Source: a phage. From it: a stretch of DNA of 64,000 nucleotides. A program made the position numbers and the translations under genes. Where the stretch lies: the NCBI GenBank assembly GCA_025812035.1, contig GCA_025812035.1_4719.1; one strand, given 5' to 3'. A model generated the notes under the pieces. The model worked only from the letters and a program-made list of their open reading frames with translations, did not search any database and had not been told where the DNA came from. This document shows positions 56,857-64,000 of this stretch, one piece after another (within the stretch, counting starts at the first letter, position 1; every line of letters begins with the position of its first letter).

Positions 56857-58859
56857 AACGTGAATACATCCTCTGGTTTAGGTTCTTTACGCGGTAAAAG
56901 CATGTAGTCGATCGGATGATCCGGCTTCATGGTTGGGATATAACTGTTCGGGTTTTGGAACGCATCCAGCTGCTCTTGGTGGGCGAACTTCATACTCAAG
57001 GAGCGCATGTTCATGTTCTTCTTGAAGGTACTGAAGTATCGTGTTGTTCCCTGTTTCGGCATGCGATAATCTTTCGTGTGTGGCGAACGAATCATGCTAG
57101 CGTAGAGAATAACATCGAGATGCGAGAGGTTCATTCGCAGACGCTGGGCACATAGACGATGCCAATAATACAGCACGTTTGCAACTTCTTCCGGCGTTGC
57201 TTCGTCTTCCGAAAGGAATCCAGCACTGAAAGAACCTTTCCCGAATTTGAATTCACGTTCGATTTCTTTTGCGTATTCCATCATGTTTTTGTGGATTAAC
57301 GGCATCTGGAATAACGTACGTGAATTGTCCCAATGTTTCAAGTCGAAAATCACAATCCCATCGGACGTCACTTCCCAGCTATGGCGTTTGAGATAACGGA
57401 TAAACGCTTTACTCGGCACAACGGGACGCCCACAGAAATCGAAATTGACTTTGAGCTTACGATAGCTTTCATCTTTCCTGTCGTAAATCTCCATATCACA
57501 AAGCGTCATGTTAAACAAACGCTGCGGTATCAGCGAACTGATTTCTTCCGCTTCTGCTACGTCGTACAACATGTTGGCAAGACCTAACTTCATCTTAATC
57601 AACACATGTTTACCTTTCAGCTCACGTGCGAGTTTGATGTCGTTCATGTTCTGGCTGTAGCGAAGGATATGTTGATATTCCGGCGGGATCGGTGCTGTGG
57701 ATACCGTCGACGAACCATCGTGGTGTTTGGTAGAAAGAATGTTCTGTGTTACCTGTTGCGAACAGGTACGCGCTGCACCATCGCCAACATTATCGGTTAA
57801 TGCGAAGTTATGGCTTAATTCACCATAACACGTCGTGCACACCCCGGCTGGATCGGGATGATGGCAATAGTTAACGGAGCGCATACGCACTGTCGTGCCG
57901 ATTAATTCTTTCATATGCGGCTGTATCGCTACCAATGAACCGTCGTCGCGAATAATGAATCGACCGTGGAATCCACGTAGGTCGGTCTCATCACGGATTG
58001 GCATCGGGATGGTCTCTTTACTACCACAATCACCAGGATGGAGTCGTTGTACAACCGCTGTCGCTATCTGAAGTTCACGACCGAAATACTCAGACTTTTT
58101 AATCTGCTCTTTGTTGAACAGCAACGATTTCGCTGCAGAACGGCTTTCTTTCAAGCTGTCGGGAAGAGAGATCAAACCGGCTGCGTATGACCGCATTACC
58201 GGGTCACGGAATATCTCGGAGTTAATATCAGTTAAGAATCCACGCATTCCGATACATTGCAACACCTGCCCGATCGAAACGTGTTCGGTTCTTACCGCAC
58301 GTGCGATAGGGTTAGCATGCAACGTTTTATCGGTGCTTAACACCTTCGTCAGTTTCTTGTATGCGCTTTCGATGCCTTCGCGGGTAGGCTCCGCTTCAGC
58401 GATGATTTTCTTAACTTCAGGGTGTACGGTAATCTGATAAAAATCGTCCGCGCAAATAGTTGTTACGTATTCCTCCAACGCATACGTAAAGAAGTTATAT
58501 ACGTTATTAAACATATCGAACAGTGCTTTCCAGAGAACCTCGCGATTCTCTTGCGGATAAGCATACATGCACTGACGATATGCGGCGCTTTGCAACGCAA
58601 CCGATGAACCAGCGGTAAACTTGCGTTTATCGACCAGGTTCTCTTTTGTCAACGGTGTCTCAGGGTACATGCGATGCACAGACCAATGCATGTAGCTAAA
58701 GAAAATGCGTCGCGCACGCAGTTCATGAACACCATCATCCATCTCGATATACACGCGGTCATTAGGCTGTGCCCACTCGAACACCTCATCAACAGGCCAA
58801 TGCATAAGCTCGCGTGCCCGCACACGGCGTTTCGTGCCGGTCATCTGTGTTGTAGTCAT
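56853..58859 (-). CDS. hypothetical large protein (668 aa), co-operonic with the helicase
   Basis: 4-nt overlap with the helicase start; Cys/His cluster CHHPDPAGVCTTC; no family recognised. Confidence 0.5.
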   Translation of the reverse strand: MTTTQMTGTKRRVRARELMHWPVDEVFEWAQPNDRVYIEMDDGVHELRARRIFFSYMHWSVHRMYPETPLTKENLVDKRKFTAGSSVALQSAAYRQCMYAYPQENREVLWKALFDMFNNVYNFFTYALEEYVTTICADDFYQITVHPEVKKIIAEAEPTREGIESAYKKLTKVLSTDKTLHANPIARAVRTEHVSIGQVLQCIGMRGFLTDINSEIFRDPVMRSYAAGLISLPDSLKESRSAAKSLLFNKEQIKKSEYFGRELQIATAVVQRLHPGDCGSKETIPMPIRDETDLRGFHGRFIIRDDGSLVAIQPHMKELIGTTVRMRSVNYCHHPDPAGVCTTCYGELSHNFALTDNVGDGAARTCSQQVTQNILSTKHHDGSSTVSTAPIPPEYQHILRYSQNMNDIKLARELKGKHVLIKMKLGLANMLYDVAEAEEISSLIPQRLFNMTLCDMEIYDRKDESYRKLKVNFDFCGRPVVPSKAFIRYLKRHSWEVTSDGIVIFDLKHWDNSRTLFQMPLIHKNMMEYAKEIEREFKFGKGSFSAGFLSEDEATPEEVANVLYYWHRLCAQRLRMNLSHLDVILYASMIRSPHTKDYRMPKQGTTRYFSTFKKNMNMRSLSMKFAHQEQLDAFQNPNSYIPTMKPDHPIDYMLLPRKEPKPEDVFTL

Positions 58860-58885
58860 TATCGCTTTCCGATTTAAATGGTTTT

Positions 58886-58913
58886 ATCATACGGTTTACC
58901 AATTCCGTTGGAA
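58886..58913 (-). promoter_or_regulatory. candidate sigma70-like promoter for the 58859 operon
   Basis: minus-strand TTCCAA, 16-nt spacer, TATGAT about 30 nt upstream of the start; weak -35. Confidence 0.25.
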
Positions 58914-59004
58914 TTTACTATCGCTGTGATAGCATTGGGAATCCCTTCCCTTAGGTTATGTAGGTGTTAATATATCTCCACTACTGACGTAAAGGTCAGC
59001 AGCA

Positions 59005-59490
59005 TTATCCAGCTTTCTGTTGTAAAGCGTATGGATCCATAGCGTCCGACATATCAGCAAAAACGGTGAGAATAAACCCCTTTATCTGTCTCACTTCAGT
59101 GACACGAAATCCTTTATCGTTACGATATACGTTTTCCTCACCAACTAACTTTGGCCGAATAGCATAAACCCCATCAACAAACGGGAATGTCGAATACGGA
59201 TAAACACCAATACGAATGATGTTTGGGTGATCGCCTAGAAGGTCACGTCCGAACTTATCGACTCGACCATAGATCGTTCCATCCGTACCTTCCACTTCAA
59301 TGAGGTTATTTCGAATATCCTGAAATAGCTGCTCTAACGTGTCAGCGGGGTACGTGTATGCGATACCTAACGCAGGATCCTCGATCGTTTTGACACTGAA
59401 TCCGTTAAGCCAAACAATCCGTTCATCTGCCCATGTATCTTTATATATTGTTAATCCATCGCCGTATATGTTGGCGCGTGCTATCTCCAT
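59005..59490 (-). CDS. hypothetical protein
   Basis: 161-codon ORF. Confidence 0.45.
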   Translation of the reverse strand: MEIARANIYGDGLTIYKDTWADERIVWLNGFSVKTIEDPALGIAYTYPADTLEQLFQDIRNNLIEVEGTDGTIYGRVDKFGRDLLGDHPNIIRIGVYPYSTFPFVDGVYAIRPKLVGEENVYRNDKGFRVTEVRQIKGFILTVFADMSDAMDPYALQQKAG

Positions 59491-59580
59491 AATCTCATTT
59501 CCTCTTCTACGTTAGGATAGATGACATGTTGGATATATGTTGCCTTTGCATATATTGCTTTATTTCCGTCAGAAATAACG

Positions 59581-59633
59581 GAAAAATAAACAACAACATA
59601 AAACCCTCCCACCTCCACGCGGGAGAGGGAGGG
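59581..59633 (-). terminator. stem-loop with bulge (CCCUCCC...GGGAGGG) followed by UUUUAUGUUGUUGUUUAUUUUUC
   Basis: hairpin 59604-59633 plus U-rich run in minus sense downstream of gene 59652-60014. Confidence 0.5.
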
Positions 59634-59651
59634 CGATTGGTTAATCTTTCG

Positions 59652-60014
59652 TTACTCTATACTGTCTTCTTCTGTATCTTCCTCTTCGGAACCATCGAAC
59701 GTTTTCTGCACTACCGTGGTATCCCAGTTAGCGGCGTAATCGGCCATCGCCTCACGTAACGCTTCTTCACCAGCATCACCAGCCAGGTCAAGTATGACCA
59801 ACCCTTGTGCGACGTTTTGAGCAACGGTATCAATAACGGTAGCATCTTCTTCGAAACTACGTACCGGCTCAATGGTGCCTACGTCAACAGCATAGTTCGT
59901 GGTTGCTGTAAGCACTGCGACTTGTAACGCATTGCTATCCTCATCGTGCAGTGCTGCTTCAATACCGATCGGACGGGCCAGTTCTTGCAGTGTCAATTTG
60001 CGAATTAAGTTCAT
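59652..60014 (-). CDS. hypothetical acidic protein
   Basis: 120-codon ORF, C-terminal acidic tail. Confidence 0.4.
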   Translation of the reverse strand: MNLIRKLTLQELARPIGIEAALHDEDSNALQVAVLTATTNYAVDVGTIEPVRSFEEDATVIDTVAQNVAQGLVILDLAGDAGEEALREAMADYAANWDTTVVQKTFDGSEEEDTEEDSIE

Positions 60015-60037
60015 TATGTCTTTTCCTCAGGTGAATG

Positions 60038-60388
60038 TTAGCAATCGTTTAAAACTTTTTCAATACGGTGGTTGACGAGTTCATTGAACGACTCTTCAAC
60101 TTGTTCGATAATTTCATCAACATCGATATCCAATTGTTGGGGTTGAATAACGTGCTCTTTCATGGTTTCTAGCCAGTATTCGGCTTTAACCATAACGTTA
60201 GCTACTTGTTCGACCTGGCTGCGTATGTCGATGATCTGGCAGTCTGGATTTTTAATGTCGATGATGTGTCCGTGATGACTGATAAAACCGAGCTTATTCG
60301 ATGCCTTTACCGCATCGCGGGCAAGTTCTTGCAAGATTAAATTATTTACGTAGTTCACTGCTACGGAACGATTTTCTTTATCACTCAT
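60038..60388 (-). CDS. hypothetical protein
   Basis: 116-codon ORF. Confidence 0.4.
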   Translation of the reverse strand: MSDKENRSVAVNYVNNLILQELARDAVKASNKLGFISHHGHIIDIKNPDCQIIDIRSQVEQVANVMVKAEYWLETMKEHVIQPQQLDIDVDEIIEQVEESFNELVNHRIEKVLNDC

Positions 60389-60467
60389 ACCAGGGATCCT
60401 CTTTTAAGTGGTCACATTCTAGTGTTAAGCAGTTAAAATAAACCGTCCCTTTAATCAGCATAAACAT

Positions 60468-60496
60468 CCTCCTCCCACCACATGGGCAGGAGGAGG
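60468..60496 (-). promoter_or_regulatory. stem-loop (CCTCCTCC/GGAGGAGG) followed in the transcript by GAUGUUUAUGCUG
   Basis: perfect 8-bp inverted repeat with 13-nt loop, intergenic. Confidence 0.4.
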
Positions 60497-60507
60497 CGTA
60501 ATATACA

Positions 60508-60921
60508 TCAGAAAGGTGTGCGGTTTTTATATTCGAATAGTGTCTGAAGGACGCATCGCGCTAGCGAGTTTTGTAATTCGATACGTCCTTGTTCTCCGAA
60601 CAGATCCAACACCATCATCCCTTTTGCTGTTTTCTCTGCCACTTCTTCACAAATCTGTAAATTGTACATGTCGTCATTACCGAGTTCCTTTCGACCGATC
60701 GAACTGACATGCATCAACTCACCTTTACTATCGCGAACATCGGAGAATGCATCATAGACCGCATCGATGTTCGCAGAACGCGTCAAACCCTCCGCTTCAC
60801 GCCATTCTCGGTATGTATCATCAAGCGTTTGTTCCTCGCTCGAGGTCGTTGATTCACCGTTAGTAGTTGGACGAATCAAATTGGGTGTTATCATTGCTAT
60901 TACGCTATCGTAATGCTCCAT
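60508..60921 (-). CDS. hypothetical protein
   Basis: 137-codon ORF. Confidence 0.4.
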   Translation of the reverse strand: MEHYDSVIAMITPNLIRPTTNGESTTSSEEQTLDDTYREWREAEGLTRSANIDAVYDAFSDVRDSKGELMHVSSIGRKELGNDDMYNLQICEEVAEKTAKGMMVLDLFGEQGRIELQNSLARCVLQTLFEYKNRTPF

Positions 60922-60932
60922 CGTTTACCTCG

Positions 60933-63101
60933 TTAGCTTTCACAGTCATCTGCGTCGATGATTTGTCCGCCAGCAACGTTCAGTTGATGATACAGAATCC
61001 TCAACGCACGGTTACCGCCAATGGGATACTTCTCGAAGTTGGTCGCAATAGGAATCGCTGATGGCTTATCGGTCGCATAGATACTCTCAGTGATGCTATC
61101 CACCTGTTTTGGATTGTTCGCATAGTCCATAAAGACGCTCGCGAACCATCCGCCAGCAAAGGCGGTAACTTCACGATGTTCAGATTCACCGCAGTAACGA
61201 GTCGGTTGCTCTTTACCAGGAGAACTGTATTTATCGCTATTACTGAGTTTCGACGGTAACCCATGTGCTTGAAGTTTAGGGATACCCACCGCCGACCAAT
61301 CGTTCGCCGTTTTCTCCAACATCATGATGTACGTGTCGCCGATCGCAATAGCGTTCTTGGTTGTCCGCCACTGCCCAGAACGCCCACGGTACCGTACAGG
61401 ACCTTTCTTCAACGGGAACTCACGAATCAGATTCTCCATACGTTCTGAACCTGCTGCGATACTGTCTGTCGGGATATAAACCTCCGTACCATGGCGTTGT
61501 ACGTACCGTAAATGATCCCATTTATCCTCATCCGTGATACAGTGTTTCTCAACAACCTGTTCCACGAATTCAGGACTGACGATATAGTAGTAACGCATCA
61601 ATGTGTTCCATGCTGTCTCCAGATCACCGGCATCCATCACCGGTTTCAGCTCACGCATGATCTGGTCACCAACACCGTTGATGTATGGCGCATTAACACG
61701 ACTTAAGCTCATCCTTTTGATTACTGTACTATCGTCGAACATGAAGTCCGCAACATTGCCCCATTGGTCAACCGGCATCTCATCGTCTTCCATGATGTCG
61801 GTTACGACGAATTTATCGCCAGCCATCCCAGTGAATTTAAACCCGATGCCCGGAACAACGTCGTACGTGTATGTGATAGTCACACGCCAATCATCAAGAT
61901 TCTCTTTACGATAATCGCGGGTCGGCAACACATGACGTAGCTGTCCGTTAGGGTTGCGGATATCAATACCGTGTTCAGCATCAGCCAGGTTCAACCACCA
62001 CATCACGGTTTGATGATGGCGTATTGGTGTACCGACACGTTCACGTTCGTACTTACGAACAGCATCCTGAATCCGGGTGTAAAGCAAACCGATCGCGTTC
62101 TCGTATTTCAGGAATTGACGATACGGAGGACGCATCTTCTCTTCCATCATAATCGCACGCTCGCGGGCTTGACGTCCAGAACGACGGTGTCGATCGCTGA
62201 CAACATCAATATCCGTTACACGCGCATTCGGTTCGGCGTAAGTGAGATCATCGTAAACATAATCCACACGCTGAAGATTGCATGTCATCATGTCAACAAC
62301 GCTGAGAATAGGATCTATTTCACGTGTTGCTGCAAGTAACCCATCTTTACGAATACGCTCACCGTTCTCGGGTATCGCTTGATATACCTCGTCATCACCG
62401 TAGAGATTGATTGGGTATCGCGATTTACCTGATGTAATTGTTCGCTTCTCAATACCGGTACTGGTGAAATGCTTCAATACACCACGACGGGCAACACCAC
62501 CATCTTCAATACACTGGTAGAAGCTACCGAAACACACCTTGCAATCGCGACCGTAACCCCACTCGCGTGTTTCTTGATTGATCGCTGGGCTTTCCATCAA
62601 ACGAGAATATCGCGGTACGATCTGGCCTCGACGAAGGGAATGGAACAAATTGGTTGGTCGAAAACGGAAACCGTACTGCTGATGCATGATGTGATGCTCA
62701 GGCACTTCAAGCAATCGTAGTTCATGGCGGTTACCATCCTCTTGGTTTTCATACAGCACGTAATGCATCGTGTTTGTTTTGATGCTGTTTGCTGTATGCC
62801 CCGGCTGAAAACGTGGGATGATATCTATGATGCGAGATTCAACTGGAAACTCTACTGACCACGTGTTCTGTCCGTACTGGTATTCGATCCCCGTCGTCAG
62901 TCTGGACGGCTTCGCATCCTTGATAACTAAGGCTTGACTAAGGTGACCGCCAAACATCGCAGCACGCTGCGCTGAGTTATAATGCAATAGCCCGTTAAGT
63001 CCAGTCCCTACACCAGTATACTCCTGTTTAATGGGGATGATTTTACCTTCAGCGATTGCCTGCTTCACAGATTCATAAAGAGGTTTTTCTTTATAATGCA
63101 T
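60933..63101 (-). CDS. hypothetical large protein (722 aa)
   Basis: start revised to ATG at 63101 (AGGAAG upstream; MHYKEKPLYES...), which removes overlap with the divergent plus-strand gene; no family recognised. Confidence 0.5.
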   Translation of the reverse strand: MHYKEKPLYESVKQAIAEGKIIPIKQEYTGVGTGLNGLLHYNSAQRAAMFGGHLSQALVIKDAKPSRLTTGIEYQYGQNTWSVEFPVESRIIDIIPRFQPGHTANSIKTNTMHYVLYENQEDGNRHELRLLEVPEHHIMHQQYGFRFRPTNLFHSLRRGQIVPRYSRLMESPAINQETREWGYGRDCKVCFGSFYQCIEDGGVARRGVLKHFTSTGIEKRTITSGKSRYPINLYGDDEVYQAIPENGERIRKDGLLAATREIDPILSVVDMMTCNLQRVDYVYDDLTYAEPNARVTDIDVVSDRHRRSGRQARERAIMMEEKMRPPYRQFLKYENAIGLLYTRIQDAVRKYERERVGTPIRHHQTVMWWLNLADAEHGIDIRNPNGQLRHVLPTRDYRKENLDDWRVTITYTYDVVPGIGFKFTGMAGDKFVVTDIMEDDEMPVDQWGNVADFMFDDSTVIKRMSLSRVNAPYINGVGDQIMRELKPVMDAGDLETAWNTLMRYYYIVSPEFVEQVVEKHCITDEDKWDHLRYVQRHGTEVYIPTDSIAAGSERMENLIREFPLKKGPVRYRGRSGQWRTTKNAIAIGDTYIMMLEKTANDWSAVGIPKLQAHGLPSKLSNSDKYSSPGKEQPTRYCGESEHREVTAFAGGWFASVFMDYANNPKQVDSITESIYATDKPSAIPIATNFEKYPIGGNRALRILYHQLNVAGGQIIDADDCES

Positions 63102-63132
63102 AGGACTTCCTATTATCGAATTGAGGTACGTT

Positions 63133-63486
63133 ATGTCTAACACGCCCCTGAACGACTTCCTTAAGACAAACCCCGATGACCTCATCCACGATCTTGATTT
63201 CAGGAACGTTGTTGAGATGCATCTGGAATATTTCAAAAATGCCGGACTGGTCTCTACAATAGACATACCACCCGAACGCGCCTACGAATTCGATGGTAAC
63301 TTTTATGGATTGTGTCGTGTTCTGCTTGGCGAGGGCAGTGAAACAATGCACTGGATCACCATGAGACTCAGTGGTTATCGTGACCCTACGGAATACACCG
63401 CCGATGTTCTAACCATGAAGATTGTCGATGCAAGCGCAATCAACACACTAAAACAGCAATATCGTACAATCCACTACAGCGCTTAA
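63133..63486 (+). CDS. hypothetical protein (isolated plus-strand gene)
   Basis: ATG at 63133 with GAGGT upstream (ORF track begins at an in-frame TTG at 63121); 117 aa. Confidence 0.4.
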   Translation: MSNTPLNDFLKTNPDDLIHDLDFRNVVEMHLEYFKNAGLVSTIDIPPERAYEFDGNFYGLCRVLLGEGSETMHWITMRLSGYRDPTEYTADVLTMKIVDASAINTLKQQYRTIHYSA

Positions 63487-63490
63487 GATA

Positions 63491-63531
63491 ACCCTCCCGC
63501 GACGTTAAGCGTAGGGAGGGTATTTATGCCG
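63491..63531 (+). terminator. stem-loop (ACCCTCCC/GGGAGGGT) followed by ATTTATGCCG, at the 3' end of the plus-strand gene
   Basis: hairpin 63491-63521 plus box 63522-63531; no plus-strand gene downstream, so a 3'-end role is favoured here. Confidence 0.5.
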
Positions 63532-63550
63532 TCGTCTATGGTTTAACGCA

Positions 63551-64000
63551 TCAGAAACGATTTACGGTACGTCCTGTCCACGCATTCAAGATGCTGTTAC
63601 GTTCCATCTCAGCGCGACGACGTAAACCGTTTGGCGTCTGCGGTGCTGGCGGCATCCCCCATCCAGCAGGCTGCATACCCATACCTGGCCAAGCGGCATT
63701 ATTGAACGTCGTACCGTTGCGTTCTGCGACACGGCTCATCAACGCATCAAATGCGCTATTCCCTGCCGGTTGGTTACCGCCACTTTCCCATTGATTAGGT
63801 TGAACCGGAGCGGTTTTACCTAACAGGTTATCGATCACATTGCCCGTTGCACCAGGACGCGACTGCATGCCTTCATGTGCGGCTGCTGATGGGTTTGGCT
63901 TAACCGTCGGCTGTGGACGACTGTTCAGCGTTACACCCATGTTGTATTTCGCTGGCGGAATCTGACCACGATGTTGGTTAATCGGTTCAAAATCCTCGAC
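63551..64000 (-). CDS. Gly/Pro/Gln-rich hypothetical protein, probably 5' truncated at window edge
   Basis: ORF-track start at 63940, but the frame stays open to nt 64000 with no stop, so the gene may begin beyond the window. Confidence 0.4.
   Translation of the reverse strand, partial: VEDFEPINQHRGQIPPAKYNMGVTLNSRPQPTVKPNPSAAAHEGMQSRPGATGNVIDNLLGKTAPVQPNQWESGGNQPAGNSAFDALMSRVAERNGTTFNNAAWPGMGMQPAGWGMPPAPQTPNGLRRRAEMERNSILNAWTGRTVNRF

Noticed and set aside
59526-59759. Plus-strand ORF 59526-59759 (77 aa)
   Set aside because: It spans an intergenic terminator hairpin and overlaps the minus-strand gene 59652-60014; low-complexity translation, no ribosome-binding site.
60933-63101. Possible RNA polymerase beta-like subunit based on a C-terminal GESEHREVTAFAGG segment
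   Set aside because: The resemblance to the beta-subunit GEMEVWALEA region is weak and no other polymerase signature was found; insufficient to call.

Overview
This window reads as a gene-dense segment of a large virulent tailed phage of an enterobacterial-type host; that identification is inferred from gene content, not from any database search. About 90 ORFs are tiled almost entirely on the minus strand, with short plus-strand islands at 42-2351, 49590-53227 and 63133-63486. Recognisable functions: a P2-gpH-like long tail fibre with ~40-aa repeat arrays and its assembly chaperone; a family of four fibre/spike paralogs sharing an N-terminal domain; NAD-dependent DNA ligase; thymidylate synthase with two large insertions; an SNF2-family helicase; a DExH helicase interrupted by an intein in its P-loop; a DEDDh-type exonuclease domain; HD and calcineurin-like phosphoesterases; a GNAT acetyltransferase; a SAM-dependent methyltransferase; a macro-domain protein; and a SleB-like cell-wall hydrolase. 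The best candidates for something undescribed are (1) a tandem array of six paralogous genes each encoding two to three Myb/SANT-like helix-turn-helix repeats, sitting next to the GNAT and methyltransferase genes, and (2) a family of GC-rich intergenic stem-loops with CCTCC/GGAGG arms, several followed by a conserved TTTATGCCG box, plus a 37-nt conserved element present twice. Several ORF-track starts are revised where an in-frame start with a clear Shine-Dalgarno removes an overlap. No tRNA, rRNA, CRISPR array, integrase or transposase was seen. All family assignments are from motif recognition by eye and need HMM or BLAST confirmation.
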